Below, one piece after another: positions 1 through 11,409 of a DNA stretch of 64,000 nt. Both the position numbers and the translations under genes were made by a program. The stretch is from Aureliella sp. (GTDB taxonomy: Bacteria; Planctomycetota; Planctomycetia; Pirellulales; Pirellulaceae), in assembly GCA_963691875.1 (NCBI GenBank), contig OY829846.1:1024001-1088000 (forward strand), written 5' to 3'. The notes beneath the pieces were generated by a model. That model searched no databases, was not told where the DNA came from, and saw only the letters and a list, made by a program, of their open reading frames with translations. How positions within the stretch are numbered: the stretch's first letter is position 1; every line of letters starts with the position of its first letter.

Positions 1-2971
1 AGCGCCAGTTCTTAATGTAAGCGATTAAGTCCGCCATGGCTTTCGGTGTGATCTGAGCTTCCATTCCTTCTGGCATCAATGACACTCCGGTAGATTGCTG
101 CCGGACGATTTCGGAACGCAAAACCGGCACTTCTCTGCCCTCTTTTTGACGCAGAGTAATGTAATCAGCTTGTTCATCAATCACTACGCCGTCAATCACT
201 TTATCCGAATCGGTAAGGATGGTAACCCGGAAGTAGTTATTGTCGATAGCTCGGTTCGGATCAAGAATTGATACAAGTAACTGTTCTGACGTTTTCGTTC
301 GGGAGTCAGAAATATCTGGCCCGACATTAAAGCCAACATCTCCTATTCGATGGCAGCTCGCGCATTGCCTTTGGAAAACAGACTTCCCGTGCAAAGCATC
401 CGCACTTACCGATAGCGTATCACGGTACCTTGTAATAACTCTGGCACGATCCGAATCCACTAAATCAGCAATAGCTTTCGAAAACACCTTCGCTGAATCT
501 CCACGAGCCCTCGATTTGAGTCGGCCAAGATTGGCAGGGCCCAACTTCCTCGCCAAACCGGGAGTCTCGGAGACGCGATGTGCAATCACCTGAACCCGAT
601 CTTGCGTGGATAGCGAAAGCTCCACAGCGGCAGAAACAAGTCGATGGTCCGACGAGTCGAGCAACGCAACCAAAGTCTCCTCGGCTTTCCGGTCTCCAGA
701 TTGCAGCCAGACTTCAAGTATCATTGTCTGCTCAGCAACCGTTTTTGCCAATCGATAGAATTGTTGGAAACGGGACCAATATTCTTCAAACTGCGTTGCC
801 GCGAGCAATTGTAGTGCTAGCTCTCTCTGGCGTCCTTTGGATATGCCATCTGCAATTTCGACGATTCTCGGAAGAACAGACGCAAGATCCATCAACGTAG
901 CTTTTCGATCTCGATGGAGCATCACATTGAAAGCCGCCAGGAGAGACACTTGCACCCGCACGCTTTCACTCTGCTCCCAACTCAAAACCAATTGCCGTCG
1001 CAGCGATGGCAGCTTGATCGTGGAGCACACTTGTGTCAAACGTCCTGACGCTTGCTGTAGAAAATCCAGGTGATCGTGCCAACGCGTTCGCGTACTTTCG
1101 AGGCTCATTACCCATGGTGCCAACAAGCGGTCGGGATGATCGCGAAGAGCTCCAGCAGCAAGGATTAGCAAGTACGGGCTCCCGCTATCCGCGATTCGAT
1201 CCAGCGTGCTTTGACTGAGAGCACTCATCTCATGCGTCGCAAGGCAAGCAAGCGACTCACGCAGGACTACTGGATCTGAGTGTTTTTGAAGTACACCTTG
1301 AAGTATTCCTAAAGGAACATCACAGTTTCCTAAAGCAACTTGCCTAAGAACTAGAGCCGACAGTGAGGCTGTTGTCTCCTCAGCGACAAGTAGCCTTTCG
1401 CAAGCACGATGCGCGCCGCTTTTAGCGGAAAGGACCTTGAGGCATTCCATTCTCTGAGACAGTGACTTCTCGCTATCGAGAACGATTCCCTCTAAGACTG
1501 CGGCTAGATTCTCGTCGGCCGATAGGAGAAGCATTCGCCTGACGGTCTCAACCAGCCAACAATCCTCGCTAGCAAGCAGCTCACAAAGCTGGTCGGCGTT
1601 CGCTTCAGCCAGTTTCAATTCTCTAATCCGCTGCAGTCGCTTGCTAAATTCACCTGCGGCTTGACTTCCAGCCAAGTAGATACGACCGGCAGCATTGCCC
1701 CAACGTTCGTCCTCCCGTTGCTTCAACTCATCCGGAACCCACTGTGGGTGCTCAATCACGGCACGGTGCATATCAATGACTAGCAGTCCTCCACCTGGAG
1801 CATTCCGCAAGTTCACCGGACGGAACCAAGCATCAGAACTCGCCACCCAATCTTTCTGTTGCGGAGCAAGAAGGTCTTGCGTTGAATAGATACCCGAAAC
1901 TGTATTTCGACTTCCTCGAACTCGTTTTACCAGGCTTCCCGTAGGCTCGCAGACAAAAAAATCTCCGGCACCTTCCGCACTCTGCTGAAAGATGACCCCA
2001 CAGGCAGCTGTAAACTGACCTGCGTGCAGATTTGAAGTCGTCCAGGCAGATACAATTGGGAAAACCTGCGAATCAGTGCCGGCTGGGATGACGTCTTTTT
2101 TGGGTGGCAGGATTCCAGCTAGAGGATTATTGGACAGTTGCGGGGATTCGAGTAGAACTTGCACCGCCGGGTTTCGATTGCTGCAAAAGAACCGATTTCC
2201 GAGCTCGTCAAACGCCAGCCCAAACTGCGCTGGTCCCGTGATGGCTTCGATTTCACCCGTTTCCGGTTTGAAGCGAATATCGCGACTGCCAATCTCAAGC
2301 GGCTTCTGAGCCGAATTTGCCGGCTGAATATCTGAGCCCAACTCAACTCTGCCCCCTCGCAAACCGCAAGCGATGTACCACCAACCATCGGAGCCGAGTG
2401 TTGGATGATTGGCTCGAAGTTGCTCATTGCGCTCGGCAAAGCCTCGCAACCACTGTTCGCGCGTGTCGCAAACTCCATCACCATTGGTATCTCGCAGAAA
2501 GAGGAGTTCGCCGGCTACGGTGACTACCGCGCCATCTTTCCAGATCGCCAGGCCGGTCGGCATGTTGAGTTCCCCTGCAAAGACACTGCTAGTCTCAAAC
2601 AATCCGTCCGAATCCTCGTCGGCGAGTATGCGAATTTGCCCCTGAGGCGTACCATCCGCCGCAAGCATTGGGTAATCGCGCATCTCCACCACCCACAATC
2701 GCCCTAACTCATCGAAGACAGCGTCGACTGGATCGACAACCGCAGGTTCGTGAGCCAGCAATTCAAGCGATTCATTTTCGCTGAAGAACCTCGAGAGCTG
2801 AATACTTCTCAGGCTCTCAGAAGGCAAAAGTGCCCTGCTGCGATTGGACTCGGGATTATTGGCCGCAGAGTCCTGGGCGGGAAGTGATGATGCTATCACC
2901 CAGAGGCTTGAGACAAAGCCCAGAAAGCTGAGCTTAAGGCAGTTCCAGTGCTTGCGCCGGACTTTCGCCAT
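1..2971 (-). CDS. PVC-type heme-binding CxxCH protein (membrane-bound dehydrogenase beta-propeller, HEAT-like repeats, cytochrome c); 3' end runs off the window
   Basis: Absent from the ORF track because it is edge-truncated. I translated both ends by hand and they share a frame. N-terminus from ATG at 2971: MAKVRRKH..EPAVVDPVDAVFDELGRLWVVEMRDYP..LRDTNGDGVCD..EQLRANHPTLGSDGW. C-terminus: GKSVFQRQCASCHRIG near 350-380, then SLMPEGME..AMADLIAYIKNWR at the edge. Confidence 0.9.
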   Translation of the reverse strand, partial: MAKVRRKHWNCLKLSFLGFVSSLWVIASSLPAQDSAANNPESNRSRALLPSESLRSIQLSRFFSENESLELLAHEPAVVDPVDAVFDELGRLWVVEMRDYPMLAADGTPQGQIRILADEDSDGLFETSSVFAGELNMPTGLAIWKDGAVVTVAGELLFLRDTNGDGVCDTREQWLRGFAERNEQLRANHPTLGSDGWWYIACGLRGGRVELGSDIQPANSAQKPLEIGSRDIRFKPETGEIEAITGPAQFGLAFDELGNRFFCSNRNPAVQVLLESPQLSNNPLAGILPPKKDVIPAGTDSQVFPIVSAWTTSNLHAGQFTAACGVIFQQSAEGAGDFFVCEPTGSLVKRVRGSRNTVSGIYSTQDLLAPQQKDWVASSDAWFRPVNLRNAPGGGLLVIDMHRAVIEHPQWVPDELKQREDERWGNAAGRIYLAGSQAAGEFSKRLQRIRELKLAEANADQLCELLASEDCWLVETVRRMLLLSADENLAAVLEGIVLDSEKSLSQRMECLKVLSAKSGAHRACERLLVAEETTASLSALVLRQVALGNCDVPLGILQGVLQKHSDPVVLRESLACLATHEMSALSQSTLDRIADSGSPYLLILAAGALRDHPDRLLAPWVMSLESTRTRWHDHLDFLQQASGRLTQVCSTIKLPSLRRQLVLSWEQSESVRVQVSLLAAFNVMLHRDRKATLMDLASVLPRIVEIADGISKGRQRELALQLLAATQFEEYWSRFQQFYRLAKTVAEQTMILEVWLQSGDRKAEETLVALLDSSDHRLVSAAVELSLSTQDRVQVIAHRVSETPGLARKLGPANLGRLKSRARGDSAKVFSKAIADLVDSDRARVITRYRDTLSVSADALHGKSVFQRQCASCHRIGDVGFNVGPDISDSRTKTSEQLLVSILDPNRAIDNNYFRVTILTDSDKVIDGVVIDEQADYITLRQKEGREVPVLRSEIVRQQSTGVSLMPEGMEAQITPKAMADLIAYIKNWR

Positions 2972-3081
2972 CGCTTACATTACCTTCTCACTGGCGAATC
3001 TGGAATCGATCCAATGCTGACGAAACACTCGTCAGCACCGTAAATTGATTCGATTCCGCGGAAAAAACGGCTAGGGCTCGA

Positions 3082-5259
3082 CTACAGACCAAACTCTTTG
3101 AGCTTTGGTTCTAATGCAGCTGCCCAGCGCTCGTAACCTTCGGTACTAAGATGTAGCAGGTCCGGCATGATCTCGCGACTGATACTTCCATCCTCTTGAA
3201 GGAAGTCTTGGCCGATCTCAAGGAAGTGCACTCGCTCTCCGTCGGCGAGCCGCCGAATTCTCTGATTGATCGCGATATTATTTAGCCGCATCTTATCGAG
3301 CGGATTTGGACCGCGAGGGAAGACGCCGTGCAGTACAACCTGTGTCTCTGGCAAACGTTCGTCGAGGATCTCTAGAATTCGCTCCACGCCAGCCGCCACT
3401 TCAGCTGGATCTTGCATCATGTGGCCAGTGTTATTGGTGCCGATCATCAACACTGCAACCTTGGGTTTTATTTTGCCAAGGTTGCCGTGGGTGAGACGCC
3501 AAATGACATGTTCAGTTCGGTCACCGCCAATTCCCAAGTTGATGGCCTTGCGATCCGCATAATATTCCTGCCATACCGACTTACCGCGGCCTTCCCAACC
3601 CTGCGTGATCGAGTCGCCGATGAATGCCAAATCGGCATCGCCCTTCTTGGCGTTCTGGCTCAGCTGTTGATCACGCTTTCTCCATCCAGCTTCGTCACCG
3701 CGGGTAGCCGGAATCACCGCTGAGTTTACTTCGTAGAAATCACGCAGATCGTAGTAACGTTGCTTGAGCCCTTCGAGAACCGCTGCGTAGCTCGGATCGG
3801 CATGCACGCTTTTCATCTCGTCGGGATCTTCCTGGAGATCAAACAGATTCCATTCGCGCCCCCGCGGGAAAAACATCAGTTTGTAACGGTCAGTACGGAC
3901 TCCATCGTGCACCGGAACATTATGAACCGCCGCGTTCTCGTAATAAGCGTAATAGATAGCATCTCGCCAATTTGCGGTCGGCTTGCCTTGATTCTTAAAG
4001 AGCGGGACCATACTTCGACCTTGAATTTCGGCGGGAATCTCGGCACCGGCCAAATCAAGAAATGTCGGCGCGTAATCAATATTCTGGATCAACGCCGTAG
4101 AGTCGACACCTGGCTCCAGAACTCCAGGCCATCGAATCAAGAAAGGCATTTGCAGTGACTCTTCAAACATCCATCGCTTGTCATACCAACCGTGATCGCC
4201 GAGATAAAATCCTTGGTCAGAGGAGTAAATCACGATCGTGTTGTCATCAAGGCCGGTCTCGTCAAGGTAGTCAAGCAAAGCGCCAACGCCATCATCGACA
4301 GCTTGGACACAACCAAGATAGGTCTTGATATAGCGTTGGTACTTGAATCGTAGCACCTCTTTATCCGTGAGCTCCCCAGCCTTCATCTTGCGAATAAACT
4401 CCTCGTTCTCCGGTTCATAGTGAGCATCCCAAAAGGCTTTCTGCTCGTCAGTCATCCGACGGTACTCGCCATTCGGCAACCGACCGTCAAAGTGATCCGG
4501 GAACATGCCTTCGCCGTGGAACTTCATGTCATGCCCCCAAAAGAAATGATCCTTGAGGGACATTTCATTCTCTTTAAGCAGCTTGCTGCGACCTTCATAG
4601 TTGTCGAAAAGCGTTTCTGGCTCTGGCACGTCTTTCTTGTACAGGTCGTAGTAGCGAGGCGGAGGCGACCAATTCCGGTGCGGTGCCTTGTGCTGGCACA
4701 TCAGCATAAATGGCTTGCTCCGATCACGATCTTCCCTCAGCCATGTGAGTGCATTCTCGGTGATAATGTCGGTACAGTACCCTTCGTAACGCTTCCGACT
4801 CCGGTCCATTTGAATGAAGTCCGGATTGTAGTAGCTACCTTGCCCCGGCAAGATCTCCCAGTGATCGAATCCAGTCGGATCAGACGACAAATGCCACTTG
4901 CCGATCATAGCGGTCTGATAGCCGACGTCTTGTAGAAGCTTTGGAAAAGTCGTTTGCGTTCCGTCGAATCGATTACCATTCCGCAAGAACCCGTTCAGGT
5001 GGCTGTGCTTGCCGGTTAGGATGCAAGCCCGGGAGGGACCGCAAATGGAATTGGCGCAAAACGAGTTGCGGAACAAACCTCCGGACTTTGCGATCCGGTC
5101 GAGATTTGGTGTTTGGTTGATCTCGGATCCGTACGCGCTGATCGCATGCGGCGCGTGGTCGTCTGAAAAGATAAACAGAATGTTCGGTTGCTTCGCTTCC
5201 TGAGCAGTCGATACTGCAGCTGGAACGAACAAAAGCAGAAGACAGAAAAAACGCAACAT
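3082..5259 (-). CDS. Sulfatase (S1, Cys-type) fused to a C-terminal SGNH/GDSL esterase
   Basis: Signal peptide MLRFFCLLLLFVPAAVSTA (start moved to 5259). PNILFIFSDDH, formylglycine motif CGPSRACILTG, GKWHL, SSDQGFYLGDHG. C-terminal FIGDSITQGW, GIGGDRT, MIGTNN and MPDLLHLS (SGNH blocks I, II, III, V). Confidence 0.92.
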   Translation of the reverse strand: MLRFFCLLLLFVPAAVSTAQEAKQPNILFIFSDDHAPHAISAYGSEINQTPNLDRIAKSGGLFRNSFCANSICGPSRACILTGKHSHLNGFLRNGNRFDGTQTTFPKLLQDVGYQTAMIGKWHLSSDPTGFDHWEILPGQGSYYNPDFIQMDRSRKRYEGYCTDIITENALTWLREDRDRSKPFMLMCQHKAPHRNWSPPPRYYDLYKKDVPEPETLFDNYEGRSKLLKENEMSLKDHFFWGHDMKFHGEGMFPDHFDGRLPNGEYRRMTDEQKAFWDAHYEPENEEFIRKMKAGELTDKEVLRFKYQRYIKTYLGCVQAVDDGVGALLDYLDETGLDDNTIVIYSSDQGFYLGDHGWYDKRWMFEESLQMPFLIRWPGVLEPGVDSTALIQNIDYAPTFLDLAGAEIPAEIQGRSMVPLFKNQGKPTANWRDAIYYAYYENAAVHNVPVHDGVRTDRYKLMFFPRGREWNLFDLQEDPDEMKSVHADPSYAAVLEGLKQRYYDLRDFYEVNSAVIPATRGDEAGWRKRDQQLSQNAKKGDADLAFIGDSITQGWEGRGKSVWQEYYADRKAINLGIGGDRTEHVIWRLTHGNLGKIKPKVAVLMIGTNNTGHMMQDPAEVAAGVERILEILDERLPETQVVLHGVFPRGPNPLDKMRLNNIAINQRIRRLADGERVHFLEIGQDFLQEDGSISREIMPDLLHLSTEGYERWAAALEPKLKEFGL

Positions 5260-5919
5260 CAGAGCTCTTAGTTCTTGGTGGGTAGGCGGGTCCGCGGCGG
5301 GACGAGGTAGCATAGCAACCATCATAGCTTGAGCTGTCACGCTGGAGTATCCGTAGGGGGAAATCAGCAAAGCCAACCGAGGCTCAGGCCGGCGATACTC
5401 AGTATTTCAGACGTTTGGCGTTAGCGGCGGTTTTCAGCTAGAGAACCTTCGGGCAAGTTCAACTAGCTGTTTTTTTATTCCCCTGGGAACGCGGGTGATC
5501 GAGGAGCAGCACGAAAAAGACAAACAAAATATGTCGGAAGCGTATCATTGTGGAGCGTTTCGCGGATCTTGATGTGAATATTTAGCCTACGTCAATCGCA
5601 CAGCTGAGCTCTTCGGAGCAGTCCTCACCGAATGGGTCCTGTTTTGGTGGAATCTATGCTGGCAAGAAGAATCTTGAGCGGCCGACTGTCGCTGGCCGAG
5701 ACTTAGAAGGCGGGTGGCCGGCCGTCCTCTCGTCAGAAAGGCCTAAATCGCACTGGCTATGCTATTCATATCGGTACCGAAGAGTTAGCCAACTTCACGG
5801 GAGGCTACGAGGTCGCCATCTTATTTAAGCCTCGAGACATATGGACGTTAGACTGGAACTGATACCAGAACATTGCACAGGGGTGACACAGATTGATTTG
5901 CCCCACGACTCCTCAAGCG

Positions 5920-6903
5920 CTACTCGTTGTGTTTACTTGAAGGCTTCTCCGTGACCGCGTCGTCCTTGACACCTGCAATCACCAATCCGACAGATGTGAG
6001 TAAGATTCCGACAAAGATCATCTTCGTGATGGGTTCCGAAAAGAACATCCAGCCTGCAAGAGCCGAAATGGCTGCTTGCGATGCATTCAGCAGTTGCACG
6101 TAAAGCACTGAGACATATTGCAGCGATTTGGCCATCGCCATGAATGCCAGCGCATTCAACACCCCTGCAAGCAACATTATCTTCAGCTGTCCCCAAGGCG
6201 TAGCCAGTATCGCTAACGGTCCAACTTGCCAGAGGGACCACCCCAGCAGGAAGGTAACGCCGACGCCGTTGATCAGCAACAGAGTCGTCCAAGCCGACAC
6301 TCCGCGCTGCATACTTCGACGCATCAAAGTGCCTTGCAATGCATACGCAACTCCGGCGGCAATATTCGCCGCGACACCAAACAAGATCATTCCTAAGTTG
6401 GAGTCTACCGCATCAGAGACATTCGCAGTCGCCGCACTGAAACTGAGAATGACACTCGCCGGAATCAGAACCAAAACCGAAGCGATCTTGCGTCTTGAAA
6501 CCATCTCACCCAGCATCAGCTTACCCGATGCCGCTCCAGCGATCAGCATCGTGGCCAATACAAGCGGAACAGAGATCGTGAGGCCGACAATCGAGAGAGC
6601 AACTTGAAACGCGACGTTTCCAAAGATCTGGACCGCGATCGATGTGATTCCCAAACTCCAGAATTCACGACGTAAACTAACTTCATCGTTGGGTGGATCA
6701 AAGTGCGTACCTTGTCTTATTTGCGAGACAACGAACGGCAGGACGATGACCATAGTGGGAATCGCCTTGATGGTCGAAACCCAAATTGCGTCCACATTAC
6801 CGAGCGAACGTAGACACACATTGGTAACGGTATAGAGAACCGCTGAGAGAGCCCCGCATATGATGCCAATTAGAGGAGGTGAATAAATCGATCTGCTGGC
6901 CAA
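5920..6903 (-). CDS. DMT/EamA family transporter
   Basis: About 10 hydrophobic helices in two repeats, ending LMLGEMVSRRKI and FFSEPIT. Confidence 0.8.
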   Translation of the reverse strand: MASRSIYSPPLIGIICGALSAVLYTVTNVCLRSLGNVDAIWVSTIKAIPTMVIVLPFVVSQIRQGTHFDPPNDEVSLRREFWSLGITSIAVQIFGNVAFQVALSIVGLTISVPLVLATMLIAGAASGKLMLGEMVSRRKIASVLVLIPASVILSFSAATANVSDAVDSNLGMILFGVAANIAAGVAYALQGTLMRRSMQRGVSAWTTLLLINGVGVTFLLGWSLWQVGPLAILATPWGQLKIMLLAGVLNALAFMAMAKSLQYVSVLYVQLLNASQAAISALAGWMFFSEPITKMIFVGILLTSVGLVIAGVKDDAVTEKPSSKHNE

Positions 6904-6948
6904 AGTATTTGCGATGCATTCAGAGTGATGTTTTGCTTGGGGTAATTA

Positions 6949-8328
6949 TTAGCATTCGATGACATTCACAGCCAAGCCACCACGGGCCGTTTCTTTGTAC
7001 TTCGTCTGCATGTCACGACCCGTTTCCCGCATTGTCTTGACCACTTTATCGAGCGAGACAAAGTGGTAACCGTCCCCTCGAAGCGCCAGGCGTGAGGCGT
7101 TAATGGCTTTCACCGAGGCCATCGCATTTCTCTCAATACAAGGAACTTGTACCAGGCCGCCAACCGGATCGCAGGTCAGCCCCAAGTTATGCTCCATGCC
7201 AATCTCAGCCGCGTTCTCCACTTGCTGCGGCGTTCCTCCCAATACTTCCGTCAACGCTCCAGCCGCCATACTGCAGGCCGATCCAACTTCGCCTTGACAA
7301 CCAACTTCTGCTCCTGAGATCGATGCGTTCTCTTTGAATATGATGCCGATCGCAGCGCCAGCGAGTAAAAAACGCTGCACGACATTTTGCCGCGTCTCCT
7401 CGTTAGCTTCGGCAAAGGAGTATTGCAAAACGTACTTTAGGACGGCTGGGATGATACCGGCAGCTCCGTTGGTCGGAGCCGTTACAACCTTACCGCCAGC
7501 CGCATTTTCTTCGTTGACCGCCATCGCCCACAGGTTTACCCAGTCAAGTTGCTGCATCGGATCTGATTTAGGGCCTTCGCTGAGCAAACGGCGGTACAAC
7601 CCCGCGGCGCGACGTTTCACTTTCATTCCGCCGGGCAGAATTCCTTCCGTCTCGCACCCCTGTTGGATACAACGTTCCATAACTTGCCAGATTTCATTCA
7701 GGCCGCTTCGAATCGTCCATTCGTCACGCCACTGCAGCTCGTTGCGTAGCATCAAGCCACTGACGGATTGGCCAGAAGATTCGCACAATCGCATCAGCTC
7801 CTCGCCCGTCGTAAAGTAAAACGGCAAAGAAGTCGAGTCAGGGATAATCTGCGATTCGCCTTGCTCATTTTCTTGCACCACGAAACCGCCACCTATGGAA
7901 TAGTATGTCTTGTTCAGCAATCGCCGGTCTTCGCTATAAGCCGTAAAGCGAAGACCATTCGCATGAAAGGGGAGCGTCTTAGGGGAAAAGTTCAAATCGC
8001 GTTTTTCATCAAACTCGATCGAATGTCCAGGCTGGACTTCCAGCTGCTTTGACTCACGGAGGCTCGCGACTTGCACGCGAAGCTCAGAAGGCTCACAGCT
8101 CCTGGGCTCGAACCCTAGCAATCCCCCGAGAACAGCCTGATCGGTCCCGTGCCCGCGGCCCGTCGCACTTAGCGAACCGAACAGCTCGACTTGCAGCCGC
8201 TCAATCGAGACCTCGGGCCCGTGTCGCAGCAAATCCCGAAACTGCTTGGCGGCCAGCATGGGCCCCACGGTGTGCGAGCTGGACGGTCCGATCCCAATAC
8301 TAAATAAATCGAAGACACTAATCGCCAT
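6949..8328 (-). CDS. sdaA: L-serine ammonia-lyase (Fe-S, single chain)
   Basis: [80 protein letters not shown]. Confidence 0.97.
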   Translation of the reverse strand: MAISVFDLFSIGIGPSSSHTVGPMLAAKQFRDLLRHGPEVSIERLQVELFGSLSATGRGHGTDQAVLGGLLGFEPRSCEPSELRVQVASLRESKQLEVQPGHSIEFDEKRDLNFSPKTLPFHANGLRFTAYSEDRRLLNKTYYSIGGGFVVQENEQGESQIIPDSTSLPFYFTTGEELMRLCESSGQSVSGLMLRNELQWRDEWTIRSGLNEIWQVMERCIQQGCETEGILPGGMKVKRRAAGLYRRLLSEGPKSDPMQQLDWVNLWAMAVNEENAAGGKVVTAPTNGAAGIIPAVLKYVLQYSFAEANEETRQNVVQRFLLAGAAIGIIFKENASISGAEVGCQGEVGSACSMAAGALTEVLGGTPQQVENAAEIGMEHNLGLTCDPVGGLVQVPCIERNAMASVKAINASRLALRGDGYHFVSLDKVVKTMRETGRDMQTKYKETARGGLAVNVIEC

Positions 8329-8738
8329 GCAGCGGAACTCGTTTTCTGAGCGAGAATCGTATCGCCGCGGGGGATCGGCAAATGCAGTTGTGGCTAGGCC
8401 GAGGATTGACAGGCCGCCACCATTTTAATTTTGCTCGATGATAGCGAAAGGACTTCGTCTCACGTAGCCAAGTCTCAGGAAGTTTTTGCGAAACCTGCAC
8501 ACAAGCTCAGGCTCCCTTACAAATTTGCAGCCAACTTTCGCCAAATTCGTCGTCACTCTCCGAGCCGAGCGGCCCGTAGAGCGTCTCTTCCTATACTCTA
8601 GCGTTGACTAGCCCCGTGAAATCGAACATGATCCGGTAGAAGAATCGACTATAATCGGCTCTAGGAGTTTTCGGGCGGCTTTTGAGCAGCTTGTGGATTT
8701 TCGCCGTAAGAAAAGTCAATTAGACCACCTAGCCGCCG

Positions 8739-9642
8739 ATGACGAGACCACTTCTGACATTGATCTTCACGGTGTGCCTTGCGTTTCCTGCGGAGCAAGC
8801 AGTCTCGCAAGGGTCCTTTGCTGACTTTCAGAAGCAGATGCAGCAAAACCTCAATCGATTTTCGGGGGGGCATGCTAGGGCCCATCTCTTCAGAAGAGAT
8901 GGAAGAGATTCGGAAGATTCCGGTCTCCGTCAGAGAAGAACAACAGTTCGGCCAGCAGATTCTGAAGCGTTTCGCAGCGAATCTGCGGGACGAGCGAGGC
9001 CGAAGAACATCGATCGTCTATCGCGGGAGCGATGTGGATTATGTGAGAGAACTGGCAGCTTGCCTTCATCCACTGATGCACAATGAGAAACGTTACAAGC
9101 AGTTCAAGATTGGAATCATGCAGACCGATCCGGTCGATGCATTTTCAATTCCAGGTGGCACCATTTTGTTCTCTCGAGGATTGCTAGAAACAGCAAAATC
9201 CGAGGCAGCGGTAGTAGGTGTTTTGGCGCATGAACTCTCCCATCTGGATCGGCAACATCAACTGCTCGGGTTACGCAGGCAAAAGCAAGTTCAACAAAAG
9301 CTTAACTTCGCCAACATGATTAGCAATCTCTCTGAAGTGATGAAGCCCTTTCATGCTGAGTTTGAATCGCAAGCGGATGAAGACGCCGTGAGCTGGATGC
9401 TGCAATTCGACTACGAGCCGAAGGCACTCGCAGCATTACTCTTACGATGGAACGCAAAGCAGGATGCCCAGCAGCCCTGGAAAGATATGATGCCCGGATT
9501 CTTGCTCACACACCCTGATGGTGGCAGGCGAGCAGACGATGTGATGAAGTGGCGTGAAGAGAAAAAGCAGCCCAGTCAGGATTTGCACAAAGGGATTGAG
9601 AACTTGGAAAAACGCAAGCCACGCGTTAATGCCAGTCCATAG
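8739..9642 (+). CDS. M48 family metallopeptidase, apparently frameshifted at G7 (8864-8870)
   Basis: The frame starting at 8739 carries the signal peptide. The frame starting at 8779 carries DAFSIPGG, VLAHELSH (HExxH), ESQADEDA and FLLTHP. Removing one base at TTTTCGGGGGGG joins them. Confidence 0.8.
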
Positions 9643-9762
9643 TGAACGCGTGGAGACCACAACCGGATTCGTAGGCAAGACTCATCTACTTGGATGAGCT
9701 CACCCCTTGCGCTTTATTAACGATTCCATCTGATTCCCGAGCATGGCGCCATCTGGGTAAAA

Positions 9763-10210
9763 GTCGCATTGGTGGACCGATAAGCCGGGTTCTGTCGCCG
9801 CCCTGCAAGGGACTAGTCCATTGCAAGAAGCGTGGCGGTCATTTATCTAGGCCAGCCATTGCTAACTGGCTCAAGCGATCTACCCGAAAGTAGGTGGCGA
9901 CACGAGCCGCGTCGCTGCTGTTTCCAGCATCCCCTCTGTTTGATCTTGCATCGAGCGGGGTTTACCAAGCCAGCCGAGTCACCTCGACCGCTGGTGAGCT
10001 CTTACCTCACCGTTTCACCCTTACCACGCATCGGTCAACTGAAAAGGACTCGCGTCCTGATGAGTTGGCCGACCGTTCGGCGGTATACTTTCTGTGGCAC
10101 TTTCCCTCACCTTGCGATGGGTCGGCGTTACCGACCGCTCTGCCCTATGAAGCCCGGACTTTCCTCTCTTCGATTGCTCGAACAGCGACCACCTAGTCCA
10201 CCAATGCGAC
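9763..10210 (-). ncRNA. rnpB: RNase P RNA (bacterial class A)
   Basis: Minus strand contains GAGGAAAGTCCGGGC, AGTGCCACAGAAA, GGGTGAAACGG, GGTAAACCCC and GACAGAACCCGGCTTA. A perfect 15-bp terminal P1 helix pairs 9763-9777 with 10196-10210. Confidence 0.97.
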
Positions 10211-10455
10211 CACGAGTATAAATCAGGGTAGTCAATTCGTCTTGTCCTACGTCAACACTCGGGTAAGGATGAAGTTGTTCGGTCCATTCGAAAGCGACGC
10301 GTTGGAACGTTAGGACGAGTGTGTCTTTATCGCGGACTTACAACTTTTGTCTGTTTCGGCTTTTGGTTGAGGCGAGAGCCAGCTACAGTGAAGCCGAGGT
10401 TTATTGCTTGGCCGAATTGTGGCCAATAACACGACGCATTTTTCTGCATATTCTC

Positions 10456-11409
10456 GTGATCAAGATTCGCGGTTTCTGTAATACGGATATCTATGCGATT
10501 TGCGAGCTATGGAACACGCATCACGCCGACGTTCCTGGGACGCAAGAGATGAATCCGTTGCGTCTCGAGCTGAGTTGCCTGGCCAAGCCTTACTTCGAGC
10601 CGTCGCAGCTGCTGATTGCCGAGGAAGATTTTGGAACGCCGCTTGGCTTTATTCACTTCGGACCCGTTGCCGCACAAAATGGTGATGATGTCGAACAGAA
10701 CGCCAACGCCATTCATGCACTTTGTGTACGTCCCGACGCTCGCGAAGCTGAAGTCGCTGGTTTATTACTTTCTCAGTTGAAACTCTCCGGTGAACAACGA
10801 GCAGTCGCCTTTCGCCCTACTCTCCCGAACGCTGCCTACTATCTTGGCGTCGCGCCTGCGGATGCCATATCCGGCGTCATCGCGGAAGAGTATCGATTGT
10901 GCAACTGGCTTTCCGCCGCAGGGTTTGCTCCAGGCACTCCAACTTGCTTGTGGGAGTTGCAGCTAGCGTTTTTCCAGCCACCGGTGGATCGGAATCAAAT
11001 CCAAATCCGCCGAAGCTGTCAAGTCGAGTCCAATGAAGACGCGGAACTCCCCTGGTGGCACGCATGTGTTCTAGGACATGCCGAACCAGCGACCTTCGAA
11101 CTACGGCGCAAAGCAGATCGCCAGCTACTTACTTCATCCTTGTTCTGGTCGCTCGCCGCCGAAATGCAAGATCCCACCCAGAGCGCGTACTGGTGGTGGC
11201 CCAAGTTTACGCCAGAAGATAACGTTAACACAAACCAGCGACTTCACTTGCTCGCGGAATCGCTTAGAGCACTACAAAAGAGCGGCGTCGATGTAGTCAG
11301 AACTTCAACTTTTGTCGAAGACTCAGAGCAAGCCGACATTCTCCATCGTCTCGGCTTCTCCCCCGCGAGCAACGGAATGCTCTTCTCTAAACCCCAGGAC
11401 GAATCGTAG
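10456..11409 (+). CDS. GNAT-like N-acetyltransferase-fold protein
   Basis: IRGFCNTDIYAICELWN, LGFIHFG, IHALCVRPDAR, and C-terminal ILHRLGF. Start (GTG at 10456) is uncertain; the ORF extends to 10321. Confidence 0.55.
   Translation: MIKIRGFCNTDIYAICELWNTHHADVPGTQEMNPLRLELSCLAKPYFEPSQLLIAEEDFGTPLGFIHFGPVAAQNGDDVEQNANAIHALCVRPDAREAEVAGLLLSQLKLSGEQRAVAFRPTLPNAAYYLGVAPADAISGVIAEEYRLCNWLSAAGFAPGTPTCLWELQLAFFQPPVDRNQIQIRRSCQVESNEDAELPWWHACVLGHAEPATFELRRKADRQLLTSSLFWSLAAEMQDPTQSAYWWWPKFTPEDNVNTNQRLHLLAESLRALQKSGVDVVRTSTFVEDSEQADILHRLGFSPASNGMLFSKPQDES

Noticed and set aside
240..2707. Many plus-strand ORFs at the window start
   Set aside because: Antisense shadows of the edge-truncated PVC-type heme-binding gene.
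5377..5919. Possible gene remnant in a 540-bp gap
   Set aside because: Only short stop-interrupted frames with no identifiable homology.
9832..10221. Plus-strand ORFs of 129 and 100 aa
   Set aside because: Antisense to rnpB.
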